Origin: an uncultured virus (IMG/VR IMGVR_UViG_3300031707_003496)
Lineage: Duplodnaviria; Heunggongvirae; Uroviricota; Caudoviricetes
Strand: one strand, 5' to 3'
IMG/VR virus record: IMGVR_UViG_3300031707_003496
DNA: 64,000 bases
Shown: one piece after another, positions 1 through 9,804 of the stretch
How the letters are laid out: each line of letters opens with the position of its first letter
Position numbering within the stretch: position 1 is the stretch's first letter
Position numbers and translations under genes: made by a program
Notes under the pieces: generated by a model
Told to the model about the DNA's origin: nothing
Databases searched by the model: none
The model's input: only the letters and a program-made list of their open reading frames with translations

Positions 1-1
1 A

Positions 2-529
2 AGCGGAGGATGGGATCCAGAATGTGAACACGACCCCGCGTTGTGTTTAGGGGGATATATGAATATAAAACTAACCGCATCGAACTCCGCCGGGTCTGAT
101 ATCTGGCAAGTAGATCATTATGGCCTTTACTTACCAACAGCCCCGACACCAACGCCAACCCCCACCCCAACGCCAATGCCAACATCTACACCATCCGGCA
201 CCGGCCCGCAGATAGTCAGTGCATCCGACCTGACAAGTAACGGTGTTAACTTTACCGTAGTAAACATTTACGGGGACAACGTCTGGATTGTTTACGGTCA
301 GAACTCGAACGGGTATACGTGGATAACGCAGAACTTTACTTCAGATGGAGGTACTGCAACTGCCGTCTTACAAGGCAGCCCGTTGTTTGGGAACACCAAG
401 TACTATGCCAAGGCGTGTGATATCTCAGGATGTGGTAACGAATATACGTTTAGTACAGTAGCGATAACACCAGCACCAGCAACGAACTTCGGGCAGGGCA
501 TCAGGAACATATTAGGGATACGGTGGTAG
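2..529 (+). CDS. 5'-truncated secreted/virion protein with PT linker and FnIII-like beta domain
   Basis: Frame is open from the window start; PTPTPT linker then a beta-rich domain ending NTKYYAKAC..GNEYTFST. Confidence 0.6.
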   Translation, partial: SGGWDPECEHDPALCLGGYMNIKLTASNSAGSDIWQVDHYGLYLPTAPTPTPTPTPTPMPTSTPSGTGPQIVSASDLTSNGVNFTVVNIYGDNVWIVYGQNSNGYTWITQNFTSDGGTATAVLQGSPLFGNTKYYAKACDISGCGNEYTFSTVAITPAPATNFGQGIRNILGIRW

Positions 530-816
530 TCATGGACTTAATGCAACTGATTCCGAATATAACTCTGGCGTATCGGAACATTATCCCAAACAGTATCTTT
601 TTTGGGATTCTCGTAGGAGTACTCGTTTTAGGATTTTGGAGAAGAAATCGTTCTGTGCGGTTAGTAAGTATCTTGTTTATAATGTTAGGACCGTTCCTAT
701 TCTTCTCAGACGCCGGATTAATGCTGGGGATACCAGGAGCGGAGATGGGGATTGGAGCAGTACTGTTAGCGTTAGGTCTGGCAGGTATTGTGTTATCCTT
801 TGTGAAAAGGGCATAG
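523..816 (+). CDS. small multi-TM membrane protein, possibly the split C-terminal anchor of the upstream protein
   Basis: Three hydrophobic segments; overlaps the upstream stop codon. Confidence 0.6.
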   Translation: MVVMDLMQLIPNITLAYRNIIPNSIFFGILVGVLVLGFWRRNRSVRLVSILFIMLGPFLFFSDAGLMLGIPGAEMGIGAVLLALGLAGIVLSFVKRA

Positions 817-868
817 ATACTATTATATACCTTCTTTTAGTATTACTACAATTAAGATGTGATTAGTT

Positions 869-3800
869 ATGGCAGGAGTTGATCCAAATCCGTCAACAGG
901 AGAACCGACACCGGCAAAGACGGCGGCAGAAGCAGCGGCTATTGCTGGGGCAGGAGTTGGGTTCAGGGGGACGTATGGCGGTGCTCGAGGGCCAGTAGCA
1001 CAGGACTATGCGGTACTCCAACAGGAACAGGTTGTTCAAAGACAGCAGCAGACCCAGCAGAACCAGCAGCGACAAGAACTAGCGATAGCAGCAGCGAGGT
1101 CTGCCGATATGATGAGAGCTGTCGGGTATAACGTTTTAGGCGGGCAGGAGACGTATGATAAAATCATGGGCAATGAACCGACAGTCCAGCAATCGTCTCG
1201 CACGTATTTAGAGAACCTAAATAAGCGATCTGATTACTTCGCACCTTCCCAAATAGGAGATACAGAAACTCAGAGAAGTGTTGCAGCGGGAGAAAATATG
1301 GGTACAGTTCTGGAATCCCAACGGAAGGCAGCAGTATTAACTCCGGGAACCAGAGACGACCAATATTATTTAAACGAGTTATCGAAATGGAACCGGACGG
1401 GGATTGTTACATCAAGCGAGTATCATTACGAAACTAAAGTTACTGGGTTACAGCAGAAAGCCAACCCGTATGAGAACTGGGGTGACGTGGCGTTAGCGGT
1501 TGAGAAAGGCGGGAACTTAAAAGATTTTACGGTTGATAAATATGGGTTTAACCCGAACGTTGGCGGAGCGTTAGGATATACCAAGCCGATGAAATACGGT
1601 GGTTGGGAAAGTGATGCGGCACTCGGGCAGCAACTGACAAGACAAGTTGGCGGTGTGTTACCCGGTGGACAAGGCTTACAGGAAACTGCGTGGACGATGG
1701 CGAAGACGGGGAAAGCAGCGAACGTTGACTTCCAGCCAGCGATAGATTATGTGAACTATCAGAAAGGCCGGATGGGACCGTATGGTGCGTTATATGGCGG
1801 TATCCCGGACACAACGCCCAACATACCGCCCGGTAGGGGAACGCCCGGTACTGGGGCAGGAACGGTAGTCTCTACGGCACCTGTTGGTGGAGCACCGTTG
1901 AGCAAAGACTGGAACCCGTTTGTAGCCAGCGCAGCAGCACCGACGGGATATATTAGTGAAGGGATACAGATACCGCATGGACCCGACCACCTCCCTAATC
2001 TTAGTGAACGACTAGCACCGGCAGGAAAAGTCATCGAAACGATATTTGGTGGTTTAAATATGGCTATTAGTGTTCCTGTCGGAGTAGCGTCCCTTCTAAC
2101 CTTCGGAGCCATCCCAGAATGGGCACCAAAAAGTGTAGAACTAATTGAACCATCAACCGATCCCTTAAAAGAAACTATAGTTTATGGAACACCAACAACA
2201 ACAATTTCGGGAGGCAATCAGACAATTACAAATCTCGGTGCGGGCATCCAATATGATAAAGGGATTATTGCACAAAACAAAAGGGATATTGATCTTCTTT
2301 TAACGGGAAAGGTTGTTGGAGGTAAGTTTAGTGGTACTACTGAAGAATTCGCAGTAGTAACCGGGAAGATTGCTACACAGAACGATTTAGTTGATATCGT
2401 CAATAAGAATGTCGAGACCTATAATGCGATGCAAAAAGAGAACCCGATTATTGAAACTACCACAACCCCGCAAACGACTTTAATCACAGGGACTCCGGAT
2501 AAAGTATATAGATTCGGGTACTGGCAAAAAGCCTCGGAGGAATTTGGAAACAAAGCAATGGGCGCTCTTGGATATAATCGCCAGCAACTTGAAGCGTATG
2601 GCACAGTAATAAAATCAAAACCGGGTATTGGCGGAGAAGCAGAACGGTTTGTATATAACGTAATGAAACCTGCAATTGAATCTCCAATGGATCTTCCGAT
2701 ATATTATCTGGAAGGGAAGATGATTGGCGGTTTAGCGGAAGGTGTTACAGTACCGTATGCAGCAAAGACCGCAGAGTACAGTCAAAAGACTGGCACGTTA
2801 CCAACGATTGTGAAAGTTCTCACCCAACCGGGAGAAGGCGGAGCGGTTGGGTGGACAGCAAGAAATGTTTTTAAATGGTCGCTTCCGGCAACATTTGTTG
2901 TGTCAGCGGGATATCAGGCAACCAATAAAGGAACTGATTTCTCAAAGGAGACCGTTCTGACAAACCTCGAATCTGGTGTAATGCCAATGGCGCTGATGAC
3001 CTATGGTGCAATGGGGACGGAACCCTTTAAAGGCGGATATGATTACACAAAAGAACGGTTCAAAGTAAAACCGGATATTCGTGAAACGTATAAGTCTGAA
3101 GCAACACTTACCGAACGCCCTGATATCCAAGTACCTTCCGGGATTGGTGGTGAAATGAGGGTTGTAGAAACAAAGACAATTGCTACCCAGCCTTCAATAA
3201 ATATTGCAGGATATGACATCACCTTCCCAAGAATCTTTGAACCGAAACAAAGAGGAGCCTTCCAAATAGTTACCCAACCAGAACTTGTTGATATGGGAAG
3301 AATAATCGGAGCACGACTACCAGGGACGACAACGGAACCGGTTGTGTATAGCCGGGTAGTAGAGACGGTTGCGGATACATATCGTGGAAAGTGGATAAAG
3401 TCAGAAACCGGTCCTTATGCATACGAACGCCCGGGAATTACTCAGGCTACTGGTACGCTAAAGACGGCAGAGATGCGGCTACCACATACCATTGAAGAGT
3501 ATCTGAAGATGGGTGCGGAAGATGCGAAACTAACTGGCCAACCCCAAGAGGTTGTTACCGCACAGTTAATGGCAGATGCAATCAAAGTAACCAAACCCGT
3601 AACTGGATACCGAGAACTCAGCACAACCGTCCCGGCAGGTACACCCATTGAACAAGTGTTTGATTGGAATGTAATGAAGGTTGGTGGGAAAGAAGTCCAG
3701 TTTGGTAAAATTGAAATGGAAGATTACTTCGGGAAGATACAGGTTACCCAGACTGGTGGTGGAGTATCTGATTATCAGATAACTGTTACCCGGGATATTA

Positions 3801-5329
3801 CCGAAGAAGGATTCTTAAAAGGAGGTTCATATGATGTTACCGGATCACAAGTACCGGAAGCGAAAATTGTCCGGCAGTTACAAGAAGCGTCGCGGAACCT
3901 TAAACCGGGATATTCCGAGGAAGCATACGCATTTGATAACCGAGGAAATGTCATCTATCACGAAGTAGGAGAAATCGGATCTGTTAGTAGGGAAGGCGTA
4001 TGGGATGCGATAGGAAAAATAGAAGGTTCGGGTTCGGGAGCACATACCCACACCCCGTACAAACTCTCGATAAGTGAAGGAATCCCCGCGTTAAAGGAAT
4101 GGTTGTTTGAACAAACAGGGAAAGGAAAATACCCCTCACAACCAGACATGGGGGTTTATACAGATAACGCAGTTGTGTTTACCGACTCTCACGCAATAAC
4201 AGCAGATTATATCGTCAGTAAAACCGGAGTGTCAATCTTCCGAGAACCCACGAGGGGTTGGGAAATATGGAAAGACATTCTAAAAGAAACCCCGAAGTAT
4301 GTTGAAGATTATCCACCCTCGCTTATTTCACGTATTGGAAAAGAAGGCGGGATGCAGTTTGTCGGGAAGAACGAACTCTACCGAGCACCGGGTTTAACCG
4401 AACGTATCTCCGACGTGTCAGGGGAAATGCAAGGTGCTTATCCGGTTGGAGTACGTAACCAGTTCATTGATATGATTGACAGAGTTATCCTGAAGGATCC
4501 GAACCTCGAGTTCGTTCGGGAAGGTGCAACCGCATCAGAGAAACCGTGGCATAGTGCCAGCACACTTGGAAAAGGTGGAGCTGCTGGACTTGGTGGCGGC
4601 GGTACAATGGGTGGCGGGAGATTAGTATCCCAGCAAGTACAAACCCCGCAGGAATTAGTACAATTTACACAACAACCGCAGATGTTTAAATCCCCGGAGA
4701 TTGTCAGAGCAGCACCGGCAGGACAATTACCCAGACAGGTATCCGAACCAGTATTAGTGTTTGGACAAATACCTTCCCAAATCCAGATACCGACCAGCAA
4801 ACAATCCCAAAAGGTAGAACCACGATTTATGATAGAACCCGCCCGGGCATTCATTCAACCCCAGATGCAAGTACCCCGACAAGACCAGTTGAAAGAGGCT
4901 ACAAAAATATTTGAGATTGGTAGTGCATTTAAATTAGCCCAGATACCAGAACAAACAACCACGCCAATCTTAACCCAAGACGTATGGCAGGTTCCATTAC
5001 AAGGACAACAGCAGACCCCAATACAAGAGCAGGCACAGATCCAGCGACAGTTACAGATAACCCGTATCCAACCCCCACCACAACTTACTCAGATGACCTA
5101 CGAGCGACCCCCACTACCCCCGGATATCGGGATACCGTTTCCCCCCGGATTGCCCCCGGGATTCGGTGGTGGAGGGGGGCAGGGTTCACCCCGCCGTCCC
5201 CGCAAGTTCTGGGAGTATTTCCCGGTCGGATTAGATATCTCAGCGAGGATAGCAATGGGTGGAGCAAGAGGGCATACGAAGAAAAAGAAAGGCAGACTGT
5301 TACCAGCGAAGAGGTCGAAGAAGAAATGA
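869..5329 (+). CDS. 1486-aa putative internal virion/ejection protein with embedded JAB/MPN-like domain and basic C-terminal tail
   Basis: Q/P/G-rich low complexity, central hydrophobic stretches, E..HTH..S..D motif near 3890-4240, ends KKKKGRLLPAKRSKKK. Confidence 0.6.
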   Translation: MAGVDPNPSTGEPTPAKTAAEAAAIAGAGVGFRGTYGGARGPVAQDYAVLQQEQVVQRQQQTQQNQQRQELAIAAARSADMMRAVGYNVLGGQETYDKIMGNEPTVQQSSRTYLENLNKRSDYFAPSQIGDTETQRSVAAGENMGTVLESQRKAAVLTPGTRDDQYYLNELSKWNRTGIVTSSEYHYETKVTGLQQKANPYENWGDVALAVEKGGNLKDFTVDKYGFNPNVGGALGYTKPMKYGGWESDAALGQQLTRQVGGVLPGGQGLQETAWTMAKTGKAANVDFQPAIDYVNYQKGRMGPYGALYGGIPDTTPNIPPGRGTPGTGAGTVVSTAPVGGAPLSKDWNPFVASAAAPTGYISEGIQIPHGPDHLPNLSERLAPAGKVIETIFGGLNMAISVPVGVASLLTFGAIPEWAPKSVELIEPSTDPLKETIVYGTPTTTISGGNQTITNLGAGIQYDKGIIAQNKRDIDLLLTGKVVGGKFSGTTEEFAVVTGKIATQNDLVDIVNKNVETYNAMQKENPIIETTTTPQTTLITGTPDKVYRFGYWQKASEEFGNKAMGALGYNRQQLEAYGTVIKSKPGIGGEAERFVYNVMKPAIESPMDLPIYYLEGKMIGGLAEGVTVPYAAKTAEYSQKTGTLPTIVKVLTQPGEGGAVGWTARNVFKWSLPATFVVSAGYQATNKGTDFSKETVLTNLESGVMPMALMTYGAMGTEPFKGGYDYTKERFKVKPDIRETYKSEATLTERPDIQVPSGIGGEMRVVETKTIATQPSINIAGYDITFPRIFEPKQRGAFQIVTQPELVDMGRIIGARLPGTTTEPVVYSRVVETVADTYRGKWIKSETGPYAYERPGITQATGTLKTAEMRLPHTIEEYLKMGAEDAKLTGQPQEVVTAQLMADAIKVTKPVTGYRELSTTVPAGTPIEQVFDWNVMKVGGKEVQFGKIEMEDYFGKIQVTQTGGGVSDYQITVTRDITEEGFLKGGSYDVTGSQVPEAKIVRQLQEASRNLKPGYSEEAYAFDNRGNVIYHEVGEIGSVSREGVWDAIGKIEGSGSGAHTHTPYKLSISEGIPALKEWLFEQTGKGKYPSQPDMGVYTDNAVVFTDSHAITADYIVSKTGVSIFREPTRGWEIWKDILKETPKYVEDYPPSLISRIGKEGGMQFVGKNELYRAPGLTERISDVSGEMQGAYPVGVRNQFIDMIDRVILKDPNLEFVREGATASEKPWHSASTLGKGGAAGLGGGGTMGGGRLVSQQVQTPQELVQFTQQPQMFKSPEIVRAAPAGQLPRQVSEPVLVFGQIPSQIQIPTSKQSQKVEPRFMIEPARAFIQPQMQVPRQDQLKEATKIFEIGSAFKLAQIPEQTTTPILTQDVWQVPLQGQQQTPIQEQAQIQRQLQITRIQPPPQLTQMTYERPPLPPDIGIPFPPGLPPGFGGGGGQGSPRRPRKFWEYFPVGLDISARIAMGGARGHTKKKKGRLLPAKRSKKK

Positions 5330-5517
5330 TTCATCCTCAACCCCCGTATGGAATGGAACGGGAGATAACGCAGGTATGTACAGGCCCACATTACTTTAAT
5401 GAATCCTCGTCAATCACGGACCCGTTCGGCAGACCGGCGTGTTATATCAAATCAACAAAACCATGTGGGTTGTGTCCGTGGAAATCAGATTGTAAGAATG
5501 TAGAGGGAAGTGTATGA
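5326..5517 (+). CDS. small Cys-rich hypothetical protein
   Basis: ATG overlaps the previous stop; C..H and CxxC..C residues. Confidence 0.5.
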   Translation: MIHPQPPYGMEREITQVCTGPHYFNESSSITDPFGRPACYIKSTKPCGLCPWKSDCKNVEGSV

Positions 5518-5771
5518 GTTCACCCAGAGAAGAGTTTGTGTTTGGAACGAAGAACGGGAATGAAACAAAATGGTATCGGATTGAAGACCTTGACCGGTTT
5601 GATGAAATCCTGCGGGAAGACAACCGATTAATGTGGGAACGGATTCGCAGACACCACCAGAAAGAAGTAGTAGAAATCTTCACTCCTGTTCAGAAAAAGT
5701 ATGAATCAGAACCGGAGATGGTGAAGGTAGCGACGTTACCGGTAGAAGATGCCAAGAGGAAGTTCGGATGA
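5514..5771 (+). CDS. hypothetical protein
   Basis: ATGA-coupled ORF in operon. Confidence 0.55.
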   Translation: MSSPREEFVFGTKNGNETKWYRIEDLDRFDEILREDNRLMWERIRRHHQKEVVEIFTPVQKKYESEPEMVKVATLPVEDAKRKFG

Positions 5772-6034
5772 CGATTATCGGAGCAATCACGGACAAGGTA
5801 ATGAAGCGAGGTTTGTATAAAGCGTACGTTAACGACAGGCTTATTACTATGTGCCAGGACTGTACGGAAAACCTGGAAGAACCAAACCCCTTATTGAAAA
5901 GCGTTCCGGTACACCGGTGCAGGCAGGAATTTAATCTGGACGGTACGCATAAAGTATTAGTTGACCCGTATAGCGTCCCGAGCTGGTGCCCGCACCGGAT
6001 CGTTGACATCATTGAACCGGCGGTGACCAGATGA
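5768..6034 (+). CDS. Cys-rich hypothetical protein
   Basis: CQDC, HRC, PSWCP; coupled ORF. Confidence 0.55.
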   Translation: MTIIGAITDKVMKRGLYKAYVNDRLITMCQDCTENLEEPNPLLKSVPVHRCRQEFNLDGTHKVLVDPYSVPSWCPHRIVDIIEPAVTR

Positions 6035-6318
6035 ACTTCGGGATGGTATTACTGGCGCTGTTTTTCGTCGGGGCAGCAATCTTCGGGATTTTTGCAATCG
6101 CTCAGGCGAACCAGGCGCCAATAACAGATTCATTCGGAGCGACGCAGACGAATACAACCAACCAGACGCAAGGAATAATCCAGAACACGACCGCGCCGTT
6201 AATGGGTGGTGCTGGCGGGATAGCGGTCGTTATTGCCGTATTTATTATTTTCATCGCAGCAGTCTTTGTCGTCAAAGCGTCGTTCGGGCATTCAAGTTAT
6301 AATACGGGTAGGAGATAA
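6031..6318 (+). CDS. two-helix hydrophobic protein with N-glycosylation-sequon loop (candidate minor spindle-virus capsid protein)
   Basis: TM helix, loop with NTT/NQT/NTT sequons, TM helix, short basic C-terminus. Confidence 0.5.
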   Translation: MNFGMVLLALFFVGAAIFGIFAIAQANQAPITDSFGATQTNTTNQTQGIIQNTTAPLMGGAGGIAVVIAVFIIFIAAVFVVKASFGHSSYNTGRR

Positions 6319-6320
6319 CC

Positions 6321-7049
6321 CTACCACTCTTTTCCCAGATACTTTACCTTGATTATCTTACATAGAATCCCGAGATGATTCCGGATACTTCTTGGGATAC
6401 TGGCTTTTGATTTCCCGGAAGTACGGCAATGTAATACCACTGGCACTTCCGTAACCGCCATCCCGGATAAAACCATCTTCGCCATTACTTCAGCATTAAT
6501 CTCAAAGTCGTCACTCTTAATATTAATTTTATCAAATACAGTGCGTTCATATAATCTAAAGATTGGCGAGACGCTGGTTACTTGTTTCCCGAGCAGGAGC
6601 TGGTACATGACTTTTACACACTGAGAAAGGAACAGGCGGTGCAGCATCACCTCGTCCAGCAACCCGGGTTTCAGATACGGAGACCCGGATACGCAGTTCA
6701 CCGGGTGACGATAATACTCAGCTAATAACAGTTCAATATCGCCTGGGCGGAAGGTCAGGTCAGCGTCTAAAAACACTATCAGTTTCCCGTGGGAAGCACG
6801 GATACCGGACTTGAGGGCGGCACCCATCCCCCGATTTTTCTTGTGATAGACCCCGATAGTATCTGTGCGGGTATCGGAAAGAAACCGAATCATTCCCCAA
6901 CTGGCGTCAGTCGAACCGTCGTCAATCAGGATAACTTCCACTTCTTTATTGAACTGCCGTTTGTAATAATCAATTGCGGGATAGAGGCGGGTCAGGTATT
7001 TGGTAAGCATCTCTTCTTCGTTGTGGATGGGGATAAGGATAGATATCAT
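6321..7049 (-). CDS. GT2 glycosyltransferase, dolichol-phosphate sugar synthase (DPM1-like)
   Basis: ILIPIHNEE, IDDGSTD, NRGMGAA, FLDADL, FEINAE, GKSK motifs. Confidence 0.9.
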   Translation of the reverse strand: MISILIPIHNEEEMLTKYLTRLYPAIDYYKRQFNKEVEVILIDDGSTDASWGMIRFLSDTRTDTIGVYHKKNRGMGAALKSGIRASHGKLIVFLDADLTFRPGDIELLLAEYYRHPVNCVSGSPYLKPGLLDEVMLHRLFLSQCVKVMYQLLLGKQVTSVSPIFRLYERTVFDKINIKSDDFEINAEVMAKMVLSGMAVTEVPVVLHCRTSGKSKASIPRSIRNHLGILCKIIKVKYLGKEW

Positions 7050-8461
7050 AACGCCCGCTCCTTAACGAAAAGGGTAATTCCCGTATGTGATCCAAGAGGT
7101 TGTGTATTTACCCGTAACCAGTTCCATACTCCACCAGACGGGTCCACCGCATTGATATCGCCGGTTACCACATAGAATATCTTCCGGTCAGGAGTAATCT
7201 CTTGTAAGTCGGCAACCGTATTCGCTGTCAGAAGAACCGTAGCGTCAGTCGTATTAGAATAATAATACGTAAAGGGCATCTGCATATATCCCGGCACGAC
7301 AACCACCACGTCCCCGATACCGGTAGTCGGGGTAAGTCCGGCAGAGAACCCATGCCAGTCTTCTTTCGTATACGAAGAATAATAGGGTGGCAGGATAATC
7401 AGGGCAGCAACGAAGATAAGGAATACCGCAGCGAACACAGCGTTTCGGTTCTTCCAGATACGGGTGATACGTTCGATTCCGATACTGGCGATAACGAGGA
7501 ACAACGGTAATAAATATATATGGTATCGCACATTGAACGGGATGGATGCCGACATTACCATACTGATAAGTATAGGAATGAGCAGGAAGATACCGAGCGT
7601 AACGCCAACCACGACATTCTTTTTATACGCCAGCCATATTCCCAGCACCGCCAGTAACAGGAATAGTACAGCAATGAGTTCGTTCTGGAAGGAGAAGGAT
7701 TGCACTGTAGCGAGCGGGACCAGTATCGCAGGAAGTCCCCATGTGTATACGTTCCCGCCAAGATAGTCCGCTTGGTTTAAGAACGAGGTAAGGACTGGCA
7801 GGACAAGAACGAACGCACCAGCACCACCGGCAAGGAACCATTTATTATCTGGTCTTCTGAGTAACCAATACCCAATCACTAACGGTATCACAACGAACCC
7901 GGTATAATAATGCGTCCAGAATGCAGCAGCACAGGCCAACCACATCAGCACCCAGTACCTACCGTCATCAGATTTACTTGCCCGGAAGAACAGGTAATAC
8001 GCCAAGGTAACGAAGAGGGTTGTAAAGGTATACATCCGTGCTTCCTGGGAATAATAAATATGATACGGTGAAACGGCCAGTAACAGTGCGGCAAACACTC
8101 CGACCTTTTCGTTCACTATCTCTTTCCCCAGAAAATAGATTACCGGAATACTGGCAATCCCCGCTATCACAGAAGGCACACGTAACCAGAACTCGGACGA
8201 GTTGATGAAATGCACTAACCATAAGACAATAAAGTAGAGTGGGGCGTGGTGGTCGTTAAACACGTTCGCCCACATCTGGAAGAAAGACCCGGTATTGACG
8301 TTTACGAAACTGGCAGCTTCATCTAACCAAAGCGAGTTGAACCCGAGATTATAGAACCGCAGAACTGCGCCAAGGATTGTAATATACACTACTAACTCTA
8401 AATACCGACGAGGATTCATTTCCAGATTAATCAAACTCTTTTTCTGTTCTTTCTTCTTCAT
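7046..8461 (-). CDS. GT-C fold glycosyltransferase (GT39/GT83, PMT_2/ArnT-like)
   Basis: LRFYNLG..SLWLDEA, HAPLYF, LRVPSV, YYSQEARMY, THY; many TM helices. Confidence 0.85.
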   Translation of the reverse strand: MKKKEQKKSLINLEMNPRRYLELVVYITILGAVLRFYNLGFNSLWLDEAASFVNVNTGSFFQMWANVFNDHHAPLYFIVLWLVHFINSSEFWLRVPSVIAGIASIPVIYFLGKEIVNEKVGVFAALLLAVSPYHIYYSQEARMYTFTTLFVTLAYYLFFRASKSDDGRYWVLMWLACAAAFWTHYYTGFVVIPLVIGYWLLRRPDNKWFLAGGAGAFVLVLPVLTSFLNQADYLGGNVYTWGLPAILVPLATVQSFSFQNELIAVLFLLLAVLGIWLAYKKNVVVGVTLGIFLLIPILISMVMSASIPFNVRYHIYLLPLFLVIASIGIERITRIWKNRNAVFAAVFLIFVAALIILPPYYSSYTKEDWHGFSAGLTPTTGIGDVVVVVPGYMQMPFTYYYSNTTDATVLLTANTVADLQEITPDRKIFYVVTGDINAVDPSGGVWNWLRVNTQPLGSHTGITLFVKERAL

Positions 8462-8736
8462 GGTTTCTTCCCGGCATTTGCCAATTCTTGGAACCGCAAA
8501 TACTCTTCCCATTTTTCATTAGGGTCTTTTAAGATAGCTCTAACTTCGACTTTTTTTAAATGGACATCTTCAAGTATTTCTTCGATAACTCTTTTCCATA
8601 AAGGTTTTTTCAGAGAGGTTATTGGTATGGGTTTCTCAGTACCCTGCCCTCCATTGTCTGGTCTCTTCGGACCAACGGATATCGTATGCGGTCGGACTTT
8701 AACAACAACTTTCTTCTTCGGTACGTCCACGGTTAG
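8458..8736 (-). CDS. basic hypothetical protein
   Basis: ORF filling the gap in the minus-strand operon; start uncertain. Confidence 0.35.
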   Translation of the reverse strand, partial: LTVDVPKKKVVVKVRPHTISVGPKRPDNGGQGTEKPIPITSLKKPLWKRVIEEILEDVHLKKVEVRAILKDPNEKWEEYLRFQELANAGKKP

Positions 8737-9062
8737 AACCACCCCGCTTCTTTCATTAACAGGATGCCAGGGATAACCCCAAAAGCGATCCGACCTATTC
8801 CCTCTCCACATAATCCAAAGATAAGAATTTTCTTATAGAAAGACTGTTGAGGGATATAATACGAGATGAATAAGAAGAAGGTACATATCAAAAGATTCCC
8901 CAAGACAATCGCCATTGCCAATCGTTCTTTCGGTTGAATCCAACTCCAAACCGGATTCCCTTCAATCCCAATCCCATAAAATATAACAATGATAGTCACC
9001 AGTACATCTAAAGTTCCGCAGAAGAAGTAGAAAAGCACCGTATTAATTATATCGTCCGTCAT
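8733..9062 (-). CDS. membrane protein (DUF5658-like)
   Basis: LDVLVT...GIGIEGNP motif with 3 TM helices. Confidence 0.55.
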   Translation of the reverse strand: MTDDIINTVLFYFFCGTLDVLVTIIVIFYGIGIEGNPVWSWIQPKERLAMAIVLGNLLICTFFLFISYYIPQQSFYKKILIFGLCGEGIGRIAFGVIPGILLMKEAGWF

Positions 9063-9565
9063 CCTAACCTCCAGCTCAGTATAAACGCCAGTGAGATTGT
9101 CAGCATATACGGCACTCCCCCGGGATAGTCCTGCATCATCGCAACCAAACCTTTTCGTTCTCCTTTCATATAATTAATCGCCAGTATCATTCCGGCAGTA
9201 ACTAACATAGAGACAATTAAGTAAATATAGAACTGCGCCTGGATGCCGTGCGGGAACGGGTGTGGGTTGACAATCCAGAACAGGGCAACGAACGCAAGGA
9301 ACAAGAAGTCAGCACCGTTCAATAACCCCAACCGCATTACTACCAGAAATATTCCGCAGATAATTAAACTGATCACAAATGCGTACCACGGATACCATCC
9401 TTCTACGTATAAGTAAGCAGCAACCGGGATGTTGACGATCAAGAGTGGCAACCAATACCAGTGGTTGACTTCCCGGTACTTGGCATCCAGATAACACATC
9501 GGAATAATATAGAGCAGGATCGAGACCAGCGGAACCAGAAGCAGGATATTAATCAGTTCGGTCAT
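9059..9565 (-). CDS. A24 family prepilin/preflagellin peptidase (PibD/FlaK-like aspartic peptidase)
   Basis: YLDAKYREV (Asp1), NGAD (GxxD, Asp2), C-terminal GVPYM..ISLAF; multi-TM. Confidence 0.8.
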   Translation of the reverse strand: MTELINILLLVPLVSILLYIIPMCYLDAKYREVNHWYWLPLLIVNIPVAAYLYVEGWYPWYAFVISLIICGIFLVVMRLGLLNGADFLFLAFVALFWIVNPHPFPHGIQAQFYIYLIVSMLVTAGMILAINYMKGERKGLVAMMQDYPGGVPYMLTISLAFILSWRLG

Positions 9566-9804
9566 TCTTCCTCCGGCATCAGTTTCCGTATCGCCCAACA
9601 CAACAGGAATACCGCTAACGCAATCATAATAATAAAGATATATTGTTCGGTTGTAAACCCGGTTAAGTCGTAGACCATCTTATCCCAACCTCGGAGCCTG
9701 AGTAATTCCATGACAGTCTTTACATTTCAGAACCCTTTGTGCCGGACTATAATAGACCCGGTTGCCGCCGCAATGCTGACAATACCGATAATGATTCAAC
9801 CGTC

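Noticed and set aside
527..541. Pyrrolysine readthrough of the TAG at 527-529
   Set aside because: In-frame TAA follows after three codons
893..5391. Many antisense ORFs over the 1486-aa gene, and similar shadow ORFs elsewhere
   Set aside because: They lie opposite well-supported genes and have no RBS or motifs
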